Virus record (IMG/VR): IMGVR_UViG_3300022670_000245
Coordinates: 1 to 39,261 of that record
DNA from: a virus
Length of the DNA: 39,261 nucleotides
Direction: 5' to 3' (one strand)
The translations under genes were made by a program, and so were the position numbers. This document shows positions 16,585 through 25,702 of this stretch, in pieces. The notes beneath the pieces were generated by a model. That model was not told the origin of the DNA and did no database searches. It saw only the letters and a program-made list of their open reading frames with translations. Each line of letters starts with the position of its first letter. Position 1 is the stretch's first letter.

Positions 16585-19040
16585 TCATAGCGGAACTGGA
16601 TATCAATGTGGAGGGTCTTTTGGCAGATGCCCAGAACACAAAGAAGGTATTGAACCAACTTAAAAAAGCAAACAAAGAATTAAAGGACGCCAATAAGGAA
16701 ACCACTAAGGAGTTTGTAAAAAATGAGGTAGCCATTAAAAGATTGTCCACAAAATACAACGAGCAAAAAAATGTCCTTGTTGCCCTTAATGCAAGGAACG
16801 CAGAGTTTATTTCATTAGAAAAATCCCTTACGATAGAGATAAACAGAAATGTCGTATCGATTACAGAGGCTAGAAAGAACAACAAGGCACTTTTAAAAAT
16901 AAGGAACGAACTTAATCTACAGACAAAGGCCGGAAGACAAGCGTTGACCCAAGTAAACAAAAAATTAGACGAGAACAATAAATTTATAAAGGACAATTCG
17001 GATGCTCTTTCCAAGCAGAAAATAAATATAGGAAATTACCAGAGCGCATTGGGTGGGCTTAATCCTACGTTGTCAAGAAACATAGGTCTATTGGTACAGG
17101 CCAAAGCAGCGTTAACTTCGCAAGCTGCTGCAATGAGAGCAACCAGTACTGCCACAACGAAAGGCGCAAAAGCGTTAAATGTGTTCAAAATAGCTCTTAT
17201 AAGCACAGGAATAGGGGCTATTGTAGTTGCATTGGGGGCATTGATAGCAGCATTTTCAAGCACCCAACAGGGAGTGGATGCAATAAACAGGGCGTTAGCA
17301 CCGTTAAAAGGGGCTTTTCAGGGTATTATAGGGGTCATTCAAGACATTTCATTGAATGTTTTCGGGCAATTAGGGGATAGATTTACCGTAGTTTCGGGTT
17401 TAATCTTACAAGGAATAGACCTTATCAGGCTTGGATGGAACAAATTGTCAGGAGATATCGAAGAAAGCATTGAGATTCAGGAGCGAATGATAAAAAGGTC
17501 TGAAGAAATGGCCGATGCACAAGTTAGATTAAATGAAAAGTCAGCGGCACTAGGAGACATATTCAAAGGGGCCGGGGAGCAAATTGCCGCCGCTGCAAAA
17601 GCACAACAACAAATAGTAGAGCTTGGTATACAAATAGAAACGCAAGAGGCCAATCTTATATTGACAAGGGAAATAGCGGCAGAGCAGATAAAACGACAAC
17701 AAATACTTGCCAACGACAGAACATTATCGGCACAAGAGAACAATGCCGCCGCAGAAGAAGGAATCAGGGTAGGCAGGGAACTGGCCGCACAGGTAAAGGA
17801 TTTAATAAACCTAGAGATAACACGGGAAGAACTAAGACAGTCCCAAAACGATAGCGGACGGGCTGATTTAAAAGCTCTCAATGAAATAAAGGTAAAAGGT
17901 ATCGAGGCCGACAAACAAGCCGCCGCAACGGAGCTTAAGTTTTTAACGGCAAGGGCTGTGCTTGTAAAAGAACAAAGGGCGGCCACCAAAAAGGCGCAAG
18001 AGGAAACAAAAAAAGAAAGGGAAAAAGAACTAGAGGCAACAAAGGATTTTGAGCAACAAAAAATAGACCTTCAAAACGAGATTGACCTAGCCAACGCCGA
18101 GTCGGATAAAGAAAAAGAAGTCCTGGCAGCAGAACAGCAACTCGAAAAAGATTTGTTGGAGCTTGAAGAAATACAAATGACCGAGGACAGGAAAAACGAA
18201 CTAAAGGAACTGATAGAGACAAACCATAAAATAGCATTACAAGAAATCACAGACAAATTTGACGAAGAGGCCGAGACAAAAGAAAAGTTAGCACAGGAAA
18301 ATGCCATAAAGGAAAGACAAAAAGCGAATGTAGCAGAAAACAGAGCGGCCGTACAACAAGAGAGAGCAAAAGCAAGAATAGTACAAGCAGGGATTAACAT
18401 ATTAAAAGGCTTATTGGGAGAGTCGTTATTTGCAAGAATATCCGCTATAGCAATACAAGCGTTGACAGATATCGCCCTTGTCAAAATATCGACAGCATCC
18501 GCACAACAAAGGAACATTGCACAGGCAACGGCAACAGTCCCTCCGCCTTTTAATGTCCCATTCATAGCTACGGCTGCTGCCCAGAACATAGGATTGGGAA
18601 TAAAATCAAAATTAGCACAGGGCCGTATATTACAAGCAGCTGCCATAAGTGCAGTCAGCAGCGCATTCTATGAAGGCGGACGAGTACCCACCGGAACGGG
18701 CGGGAGGATTTCGGGCAGCAACATACCCACGCAAAGAGGGGGCGATAATATACTTGCCACCGTCAAAAGCGGGGAGGTCATATTAAACAACGACCAACAG
18801 GCAAGGGCGGGAGGCTCTGCCTTTTTCAAATCAATAGGTGTCCCAGGATTCCAAGGCGGTGGAGTAACGGGCATAAACACCAATGCCCCGGCCATAGCAT
18901 CCGCACAACAATTGAACTTTGAATCACTTGGGGAGGTTATAGCTGAAAACATAAACGATATTAAAATAGTGGCCATTGTCGATGAAATTAGCGAAGAACA
19001 AGCTATACAGGCCGAGATAGTTGACGGGGCAAATATATGA
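16569..19040 (+). CDS. Tape measure protein (823 aa)
   Basis: Long K/E/A/Q-rich coiled-coil stretches, hydrophobic segments (ALISTGIGAIVVALGALIAAF) and a Gly-rich C-terminus (SGEVILNNDQ...GVPGFQGGG). Confidence 0.8.
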   Translation: MAETIIIAELDINVEGLLADAQNTKKVLNQLKKANKELKDANKETTKEFVKNEVAIKRLSTKYNEQKNVLVALNARNAEFISLEKSLTIEINRNVVSITEARKNNKALLKIRNELNLQTKAGRQALTQVNKKLDENNKFIKDNSDALSKQKINIGNYQSALGGLNPTLSRNIGLLVQAKAALTSQAAAMRATSTATTKGAKALNVFKIALISTGIGAIVVALGALIAAFSSTQQGVDAINRALAPLKGAFQGIIGVIQDISLNVFGQLGDRFTVVSGLILQGIDLIRLGWNKLSGDIEESIEIQERMIKRSEEMADAQVRLNEKSAALGDIFKGAGEQIAAAAKAQQQIVELGIQIETQEANLILTREIAAEQIKRQQILANDRTLSAQENNAAAEEGIRVGRELAAQVKDLINLEITREELRQSQNDSGRADLKALNEIKVKGIEADKQAAATELKFLTARAVLVKEQRAATKKAQEETKKEREKELEATKDFEQQKIDLQNEIDLANAESDKEKEVLAAEQQLEKDLLELEEIQMTEDRKNELKELIETNHKIALQEITDKFDEEAETKEKLAQENAIKERQKANVAENRAAVQQERAKARIVQAGINILKGLLGESLFARISAIAIQALTDIALVKISTASAQQRNIAQATATVPPPFNVPFIATAAAQNIGLGIKSKLAQGRILQAAAISAVSSAFYEGGRVPTGTGGRISGSNIPTQRGGDNILATVKSGEVILNNDQQARAGGSAFFKSIGVPGFQGGGVTGINTNAPAIASAQQLNFESLGEVIAENINDIKIVAIVDEISEEQAIQAEIVDGANI

Positions 19041-19276
19041 CAAAAGCCAAAACAATATTGAAAGCATGGAAGGAAGTCGTAAAGGGCAATACGACAGACG
19101 AACATAGAAGAAGGTCGGAGATATGTTCCAAGTGTCCAAAGGCCGTTCATTCTACAATGTTGAATTTAGTAAAGGACGAATTAAAGGAAATAAAAGGGTT
19201 CAAGTGTTTGGATTGTGGATGCCCTTTAAGTGCAAAAATAAGAAGTGAAGATGTTTGTTATAAATGGAAAAAGTGA
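19037..19276 (+). CDS. Small zinc-finger protein (79 aa)
   Basis: CSKCP...CLDCGCP. ATGA overlap with the tape measure stop. Confidence 0.6.
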   Translation: MTKAKTILKAWKEVVKGNTTDEHRRRSEICSKCPKAVHSTMLNLVKDELKEIKGFKCLDCGCPLSAKIRSEDVCYKWKK

Positions 19277-19503
19277 ATAGATACGAACTGATAAAGGATT
19301 TAGAAAACGACCCCAAGTTCTTTAACTTGATAAAGAAAGGGATTATATCTCTATCCCTGTTGGCTAGAAAATGTTATTATGAAAAGTATTTGCAAGAGCT
19401 TGAAACGAACGGGAAACGAATGGCCGTATCAAAGGCCGCTGATGAATATAACATTAGCGAGCGAAGCGTTTACTATGCTATAGAATACATGGAAGAATCT
19501 TAA
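19264..19503 (+). CDS. Small HTH DNA-binding protein (79 aa)
   Basis: AVSKAADEYNISERSVYYAIEYM is a helix-turn-helix-like segment. Confidence 0.55.
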   Translation: MEKVNRYELIKDLENDPKFFNLIKKGIISLSLLARKCYYEKYLQELETNGKRMAVSKAADEYNISERSVYYAIEYMEES

Positions 19504-19646
19504 ATATCTTTGACATAAACAATAGCGCACACATAAAACATTGAGAAAAGAATAATAAAAACAATATTATCTGTGTCAATGTAAAAAACAAGATTTATTA
19601 AAGCTCCTAATAAATTAAGCAACCAAAGCAAGTCATTTTTTTTCAT
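19500..19646 (-). CDS. Possible small hydrophobic protein (48 aa), antisense orientation in the late region
   Basis: Hand translation: MKKNDLLWLLNLLGALINLVFYIDTDNIVFIILFSMFYVCAIVYVKDI. Its stop overlaps the stop of the convergent HTH gene. It fills an otherwise non-coding 245-nt gap. Confidence 0.35.
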   Translation of the reverse strand: MKKNDLLWLLNLLGALINLVFYIDTDNIVFIILFSMFYVCAIVYVKDI

Positions 19647-19748
19647 ATAATTAGGTAATTATTATACCTAAAGATACATCTTTTTGAAGAAACCGCTTCA
19701 ACAATTATCCGCTATTTATCAATAATATTGTTCTATCTATTCAGGATT

Positions 19749-20816
19749 ATGAGCAATACTTTAAATCTAATTGGTTCAGTTGGCAGAAATGCCGAGATAT
19801 CTCTAAAATCTATTATTGAACTAGTAGGTATGTCCGACAAAACAAAGCCTTTAGAGGTTTTTGTTCATTCCCCTGGGGGAGAGGTTTTTGAAGGAAAAGC
19901 AATCTACAAATTTTTTAAGGAACTAGGCAAAACCCAACAGGTCAATATGCACTCTTTGGGAATGGTCGCCTCAATAGCGTCTATTTTCTTCTTGGCCGGA
20001 ACAGAGAGAACAGGTCATGAGACAGACGATGTTTTAATACACTTGCCAAAAGGAGGGGTTATTGGAACCGCCGAAGATTTAGAAAAATCAGCAAGGGAAT
20101 TAAGGGACATGGAAGATGAACTTGCAGAAATTTATGCAGTCGAAACATCTTTTACAAAACAAGAAGCATTGGACTTGATGAAAAATGATGAAATGGTCAA
20201 TGTCGATTTATTAAAAGAAAAAGGATTTTTCACCGAAGTAAAAGAATTTAAAGCAGTAGCAACATTTAACAAATATAAAATGGGTACAGAAGCAGTTACA
20301 AAAAAAGAGGTTCAAAGTCTTTTTGAAAAGTTCGAGAATAAAATGAAGGGATTTTTTAATAAGAACGAGCCGGAAAACAAGGTGGTAAAGGACGCCACTG
20401 GGGTAAATATAGATTTTGCCGATTTGAAAAAAGACGAGGAGGTCTTGGTAGGGGCAGAGGCCACAATAGACAACAAAAAGGCAAATGGGGAATTTACCAT
20501 GCCCGATGGAAACAAATGGACATTTGTCAATGGAAAATTAGATACCATCTTGAAAGAAGAAACCGACCTTGAAAAATTACAGGCCGAAAACTCTACTTTA
20601 AAGGACGAACTACAAACAGCCGCCGTAAGTCTACAGGAAAAAACGGACGAGCTAGCTACCAAGGAAACAATGATGGCGACCTTACAAGATGATTTCACAA
20701 CTTTTAAGGGAGAGATTACAAGCAAGTTTTCTTTTGATGGGAAAACAAACCGTAATGGAGCCGAGCATCAAAATATGAACGAACAAGGGGCGAAACGAAC
20801 CCCAATTAAAAAATAA
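19749..20816 (+). CDS. ClpP-like (S14) prohead protease fused to a coiled-coil scaffold-like C-terminal half
   Basis: VFVHSPGGEVFEG, GMVASIASIFFLAG (catalytic Ser context) and LIHLP (His). The C-terminal 170 aa are K/E-rich. First ATG 19749 used (the track start 19728 is TTG). Confidence 0.8.
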   Translation: MSNTLNLIGSVGRNAEISLKSIIELVGMSDKTKPLEVFVHSPGGEVFEGKAIYKFFKELGKTQQVNMHSLGMVASIASIFFLAGTERTGHETDDVLIHLPKGGVIGTAEDLEKSARELRDMEDELAEIYAVETSFTKQEALDLMKNDEMVNVDLLKEKGFFTEVKEFKAVATFNKYKMGTEAVTKKEVQSLFEKFENKMKGFFNKNEPENKVVKDATGVNIDFADLKKDEEVLVGAEATIDNKKANGEFTMPDGNKWTFVNGKLDTILKEETDLEKLQAENSTLKDELQTAAVSLQEKTDELATKETMMATLQDDFTTFKGEITSKFSFDGKTNRNGAEHQNMNEQGAKRTPIKK

Positions 20817-20822
20817 TTAAAG

Positions 20823-21881
20823 ATGGCAACAAAAATTGACGTATCGGCATTAACGCTGAACACAGAAGAAGCACAATTAATCTCTGAACTGGTAGTCGAA
20901 AAAGTATTCGTACAGGGGGAACTAGACCAAATACATGACATTCAAACAGGAATACAGCACCAAAAGCAAATAGTATTCGTTAACAACTTGGATGTAGGGG
21001 GTGAAGCATTAACGGGATGTACCCCCGCAGAACAGGATGGGCTAGTATTGACCGAAAAAGTTTGGACGCCGCAACTAATTGCAGGGCGTTTTACCCATTG
21101 TGCCGCTGACCTTGACCAATTGTTAAAATTGTTTAGAAAAGCACAACGGGCGAATCCTGATTTCTTTGATAGAATTGATTCAGAAGAACTAGGATTGTTG
21201 ATGTTGAAAGTTATAGATGCCTTAAAGGTTTCTGTTTCAGCAAAAGTATGGCTTTCAGACACGGCCGCAGCGGTACAGCCTGGAGGTAACTTTACAATTG
21301 CAGGATTTAATGCCGGATTATGGAATCAATTTGACGGCCTTTGGAAACAAATTTTTGCTATTTCAGCGGCTGATTTACCACGTTTTATTATTACGGAAAA
21401 TGCGGGTGTAACTTTTGTATTGCAAGAATTAGCGGCAGGAGCTTCCTTGACAATTTTACAAAGTATGTATGAAGGTGCAGACTCCAGGTTATTAGGGGAT
21501 GCAGACGCACAATATTTGGTAACACGTTCCATTTGGGACAATTATCTTGCGCTTACCGAAACTAAAGAATTCAACGGAGGTATTACAGCCCGTTTGGACA
21601 ACGGACAGGTTACAATGAACTTTAGAGGAATTCCAATCAGGATGATGAACGAATGGGATAGAACAATAAGAAAGTTCCAAGATGATTTAACGGTTCATTT
21701 TAGACCCCACAGAGCCGTTTTAACGACTCCCATGAATATTCCTGTCGGAACATTGAGCGAAGATGATTTAAGTAAACTGGAGTCTTTCTACGACCAAACG
21801 TTGAAGACTAACTTTATAGATTACGAATATTTCTTGGACGCTAAGTTCGGGGAGGATTACATGGCAAGTGTAGCCTATTAA
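20823..21881 (+). CDS. Major capsid protein (HK97-fold type)
   Basis: 352 aa directly after the protease/scaffold gene. Overall composition and length are typical. Assignment is by position plus resemblance. Confidence 0.75.
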   Translation: MATKIDVSALTLNTEEAQLISELVVEKVFVQGELDQIHDIQTGIQHQKQIVFVNNLDVGGEALTGCTPAEQDGLVLTEKVWTPQLIAGRFTHCAADLDQLLKLFRKAQRANPDFFDRIDSEELGLLMLKVIDALKVSVSAKVWLSDTAAAVQPGGNFTIAGFNAGLWNQFDGLWKQIFAISAADLPRFIITENAGVTFVLQELAAGASLTILQSMYEGADSRLLGDADAQYLVTRSIWDNYLALTETKEFNGGITARLDNGQVTMNFRGIPIRMMNEWDRTIRKFQDDLTVHFRPHRAVLTTPMNIPVGTLSEDDLSKLESFYDQTLKTNFIDYEYFLDAKFGEDYMASVAY

Positions 21882-21901
21882 TCTTTTAAAAATTAGACAT
21901 T

Positions 21902-22495
21902 ATGGCTATAAATTGCGAAGAAAAATTAACAGCAGATATAGAAAAGGATTGTGACAATAAGCCAAAGGGCGGGATTGAGGTCAATGTCGTAATACTTAAC
22001 TTTGAAGATGTGGACAAAGCTACATCGACACTGGACGGCGTAAACGATTTGATACTTACCAATCTTTCCACCTTTTCAGGAACCGCAGGGTTTTTTATAG
22101 AAGGGGTAAAACAGGTAAACGGAGCATCTTTTGAACTGATAAAGAAAGAAGAGAGCTTTGATATGTGGAAACATATGTTTGCAGGGGTGTTATTGGCCCC
22201 TAGTGCAGCAAACAAAAAACGCTTGGACGAAATCGCCAGCGGTGGACGGTATGTAGTTGTTGTAGAAAAGATATGGAAGGGCGACAGTCAGGCCGATGCC
22301 TTTGAGGTATTGGGGTTTGATTCCGGACTTGTTATATCAACTGCAGTATGGAATACCAAGGAATCCGATGGGGTGATAAAGTTTGAACTTGCTTCTGAAG
22401 ATGGTTTTGAAGAGCCAAAAATGACGCTCAACAATTTAGAAACGAATTTCGCAACTACAAAAATTGCGTTCGATGCTAAATATGCGACTCCTTAA
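21902..22495 (+). CDS. Hypothetical virion protein (197 aa; possibly major tail/tube protein)
   Basis: Track ORF after the capsid gene. Beta-rich. The functional guess is weak. Confidence 0.5.
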   Translation: MAINCEEKLTADIEKDCDNKPKGGIEVNVVILNFEDVDKATSTLDGVNDLILTNLSTFSGTAGFFIEGVKQVNGASFELIKKEESFDMWKHMFAGVLLAPSAANKKRLDEIASGGRYVVVVEKIWKGDSQADAFEVLGFDSGLVISTAVWNTKESDGVIKFELASEDGFEEPKMTLNNLETNFATTKIAFDAKYATP

Positions 22496-22504
22496 AATTA
22501 AAGG

Positions 22505-22927
22505 ATGAAAGATATATTAAAGAACAGCAAGGAGGCAATTTTTAGAGATAAATCAAAAGGCGGCCTCCTTGTTTCGTTTACAATTGCGTACCAAAAAGAT
22601 TCTGGCAAGAAACTTAACGTAAATTGCGGTAAGTGCGTAGAAAAGGCATATCGTGAAATGACGAACAAATATTTAAAAAAGATGAGCAAAGAAATAGTAA
22701 AATGTGATTGGGAACTTCACTTTAAGTACAATGGAATCCAATTGGGAACAAATGGACAACCTATAAGGAACGGGGAAATGACGAATGCAATTGCCCAGGA
22801 GCTTCACGACAAGCACCCACATGGGGCAAAATTGTTCAAGGTCATACCGGAACAAAAAGCAAAAAAGAAGGCTCCTAAACGCCCCAAGACCACTTCTACT
22901 CTAGAGGTCAAAAAAGAAACTAAATAA
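22505..22927 (+). CDS. Hypothetical protein with Lys-rich C-terminal tail (140 aa)
   Basis: C-terminus EQKAKKKAPKRPKTTSTLEVKKETK. CGKC motif. Confidence 0.6.
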   Translation: MKDILKNSKEAIFRDKSKGGLLVSFTIAYQKDSGKKLNVNCGKCVEKAYREMTNKYLKKMSKEIVKCDWELHFKYNGIQLGTNGQPIRNGEMTNAIAQELHDKHPHGAKLFKVIPEQKAKKKAPKRPKTTSTLEVKKETK

Positions 22928-22936
22928 GTCTGATGC

Positions 22937-24226
22937 GTGAAAATAAAACTGCTGGATTTATTCAAGAGAAAGACACCCTTTGACAAAAAGCAAGGGGTAG
23001 TCCTTAACGGGGAATCGAACGATTACGCTGAAAAGGTAGACCGACTTACAGATTTGTCCATTACGTCTAAGATGTCATGTACTATAATGGCTAGTTTTAT
23101 CCACGGAAACGGGGTGGGCGATGAATCAAAGGACATTATAGTTTTTGAGGACGAAAGCATTTCTTTGCAGATGTTCTCCATGATAGCGGCCAAGACAATA
23201 GCAAAGCACAGGGGTATATATATACATGTTGATTGGAACGCAAATTTCGAGATAAGCGGGTTTAAGGTGCTTCCTTACCACACTTGCAGAAAGGGGGAAA
23301 AAGACGACGAAGACTACAACGCAAAGATTCTTGTTACAAAGGAATGGGTTGGGAATGGGCATCATTCAAGGCATAGCCACCATTCAAACCATCATTCAGG
23401 CCATCATTCAAGAGACCACCATATACACCATAAACAAATTAAAGACGACGATATTTCCGTTATAGACGTTTTTAATCCCAATGAAAACGTAATAACGGCC
23501 CAGGTCGAAGCCTCCAAGGGTAAAGACATGGCCGAAAAATGGAAAAGTTATAAAGGTCAAATATGGTATGTTAACCCTGATATTGAGTTTGAATATGCAC
23601 TTGCAAGGATAGACCCAGTAATGAACGATTGCGATAGCGAAGCACAAAGCTCTGTTTATAAGAACCGTTCAACAAGGAAAGGATTCTTCGGCAAGACCAT
23701 GATAATTACCAAGCCTTTGACCGGGACAGTTGAGGATTTTGGAACGGACGTACAGGGAAGATTAGACCATCAAAGGGCAATAACAGAAGAAGAAGAGTTT
23801 ACGGAAACCGCAAGGGGATGGTTGGGCGCAGAAAACACAGGCAATATGCTGCACGTCCAATTAGACCATACCGGGGAGAGTTTTGATGACGTTATAAAAA
23901 TAGTGCAGTTCAAATCAGACATAAACGACAAACTTTTTAAATATACAGAGGAAAGTGTTTTTAGAAATATATTGATGGCCTTTAACAATCTACCGGAAGG
24001 ACTAGTAAGGTCAGAGGGTTCGATGTTCGGGAACAGCGGGGAAATGTTGCGGGTAATGAAGGAAACATACCAGCAAAATGTTTCAATGGAAATCGCCCAA
24101 TTGGAGTTTATCATCAATAGGCTTATGAAACTATTTAAGGAGCCGGTAGAGAATATTGAGCTAATTCCGTTGGTAGAGAAAACCGAAGGAAGCGGACATA
24201 AAGAGGAAGAAGAAGAAAAAAAATAA
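22937..24226 (+). CDS. Portal-like protein with internal His-rich insert (429 aa, GTG start)
   Basis: It is the only unassigned about-430-aa ORF in the head block and has an acidic C-terminus (KEEEEEKK). 22937 is GTG and the first in-frame ATG is 45 codons later. The portal call is positional. Confidence 0.5.
   Translation: MKIKLLDLFKRKTPFDKKQGVVLNGESNDYAEKVDRLTDLSITSKMSCTIMASFIHGNGVGDESKDIIVFEDESISLQMFSMIAAKTIAKHRGIYIHVDWNANFEISGFKVLPYHTCRKGEKDDEDYNAKILVTKEWVGNGHHSRHSHHSNHHSGHHSRDHHIHHKQIKDDDISVIDVFNPNENVITAQVEASKGKDMAEKWKSYKGQIWYVNPDIEFEYALARIDPVMNDCDSEAQSSVYKNRSTRKGFFGKTMIITKPLTGTVEDFGTDVQGRLDHQRAITEEEEFTETARGWLGAENTGNMLHVQLDHTGESFDDVIKIVQFKSDINDKLFKYTEESVFRNILMAFNNLPEGLVRSEGSMFGNSGEMLRVMKETYQQNVSMEIAQLEFIINRLMKLFKEPVENIELIPLVEKTEGSGHKEEEEEKK
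23360..23431 (+). repeat. In-frame His-rich tract built from 12-nt cat-cat-tca-nnn units
   Basis: Encodes HHSRHSHHSNHHSGHHSRDHHIHH (13 His in 24 residues). catcattca recurs four times (once as caccattca). Confidence 0.9.
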
Positions 24227-24227
24227 G

Positions 24228-24737
24228 ATGAGACTGCTGATAAATAGAACGGACATCCAAGAATTTAGGGACATTTCCAAGACGGTTTTGGACAAGGTTC
24301 TCAATATGCATATTTTGGATGCCCAATTTAACGATATACAAAAATTGATAGGGTCGGACTTCTTTAATGACTTGATTGAAAATTATACAAGTACGGCCAA
24401 TCAAACATTGTTGAATGGTGGACTATATGATTTTAACGGGACAACTTTTACGAATGTGGGCCTTAAAACGGTAATAGTACATTATGCCTATGCTAGATAC
24501 GCAAGGTTTGGGAGCAATACGGATACGCCTTTCGGTATGGTCATAAAGACATCGGAGAACACGGAGCAAACAAGTTCGTCGGACAAAAAGGCAATGTTAA
24601 CAGAAAATAGAAGTTTGGGATTTAATTATTGGGAGAACGTAAAAAAATTCCTTGATAGAAATCCGACAGATTACCCTATTTATGAACAAAGTTGTCAACG
24701 ACAATATAACGGACTTAAAATAAGGACAATAAGATGA
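24228..24737 (+). CDS. Hypothetical protein (169 aa; possible head-tail adaptor)
   Basis: Follows the portal-like gene. The N-terminus ...IQEFRDISKTVLDKVLNMHILDAQFNDIQKLIGSDFF resembles connector/adaptor N-termini. Confidence 0.55.
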   Translation: MRLLINRTDIQEFRDISKTVLDKVLNMHILDAQFNDIQKLIGSDFFNDLIENYTSTANQTLLNGGLYDFNGTTFTNVGLKTVIVHYAYARYARFGSNTDTPFGMVIKTSENTEQTSSSDKKAMLTENRSLGFNYWENVKKFLDRNPTDYPIYEQSCQRQYNGLKIRTIR

Positions 24738-25300
24738 GCAAGAAAATAGAAATATCCGGTAAAGGATTGTTAGTTACGGAAACGGTCGGGGGGGCAATAG
24801 AACTTTCTGAACCTTTTGCAAGAACCTGGTACAAAGAAGCGGATTTAATTAGGGGAAGGATTTCGTTTTACGATTTAGATGGCACCAACAATGTTGGCGG
24901 CTCTTTCAAACCTATAGATTTAGCGGACGCGGTAGATAGTGCTTTAGTGGCGTTTACAGAAAGTTCCTTTAGGACTTTTTGCACGGACAATCTAGGGGGT
25001 TTTAGCCCGGGGGTGTCGGCCTCCTTAACAACGACAACGACAGACTCCACGGCCACATTGACAGATGCCACCATTTTAATGGACGGAACGTCAAATACGG
25101 TAACGGTGTCCTTGCCGTCGGCTGTAGGGATAAAGGGAAAACTATACACCTTTAAATCGATAAATTCAACGTTCCAGACCGCTTTCACCCCTGACGGCAC
25201 TGAAACGACAGACGGAGTGTCCGGAAATAAAATATTAACATCCCCACAATCGATAACCATCCAGAGCGATGGTGCGAATTGGGTAGTAATAGGAATTTAA
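24734..25300 (+). CDS. Hypothetical fibre/spike-associated protein (188 aa)
   Basis: C-terminal pattern VTVSLPSAVGIKGKLYTFKSIN...FTPDGTETTDGVSGNKILTSPQSITIQSDGANWVVI, a recurrent small phage domain. ATGA overlap upstream. Confidence 0.6.
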   Translation: MSKKIEISGKGLLVTETVGGAIELSEPFARTWYKEADLIRGRISFYDLDGTNNVGGSFKPIDLADAVDSALVAFTESSFRTFCTDNLGGFSPGVSASLTTTTTDSTATLTDATILMDGTSNTVTVSLPSAVGIKGKLYTFKSINSTFQTAFTPDGTETTDGVSGNKILTSPQSITIQSDGANWVVIGI

Positions 25301-25312
25301 AAAATATATATC

Positions 25313-25693
25313 ATGGCTGTAACATTCAACGGTACTAAAAATAGTTTGGGATTAAACCAAAAACCAACGGGATATGTAGACCCCGTTGTGGTGGAAATAA
25401 TAAATCCAGAATACGAGAACGAAAAAGTGTTCACTATCCTTAAGTCCGGCGTGGACAACGCTACACCTTCGGTAACGATGGACAATATATTCGACACGGC
25501 AGTAGTGGGATTGGACGCAGTTGTAGAGGCTGACATAACCGCTGATTACGATGCGACCAAAACAGTTACCGCACATGCCGAGTTAGTAAAATTAACATCC
25601 AATGTAGCCGATATTACAGGAAATGCTGATTGGCTAAAGACCACCGCAGTTTCTTATTTGGCAACCGTAAAGATGTTCGTAACAGTAGTATAA
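25313..25693 (+). CDS. Hypothetical virion-module protein (126 aa)
   Basis: Track ORF, T/V/A-rich. Confidence 0.6.
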   Translation: MAVTFNGTKNSLGLNQKPTGYVDPVVVEIINPEYENEKVFTILKSGVDNATPSVTMDNIFDTAVVGLDAVVEADITADYDATKTVTAHAELVKLTSNVADITGNADWLKTTAVSYLATVKMFVTVV

Positions 25694-25702
25694 AAATAGA
25701 TT

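Noticed and set aside
16505-19150. Several long minus-strand ORFs (16505-17014, 17477-17989, 18071-18646, 18668-19150, etc.) inside the tape measure gene
   Set aside because: They are shadow ORFs of a low-complexity A/K/E/Q-rich + strand gene. Their products are Ser/Phe/Cys/Leu-rich with no motifs, and they overlap a confidently coding frame.
23360-23431. The short tandem repeat considered as a CRISPR-like or non-coding microsatellite
   Set aside because: It is in frame within a long ORF, with 12-nt units and no spacers. It is reported instead as a coding His-rich tract.
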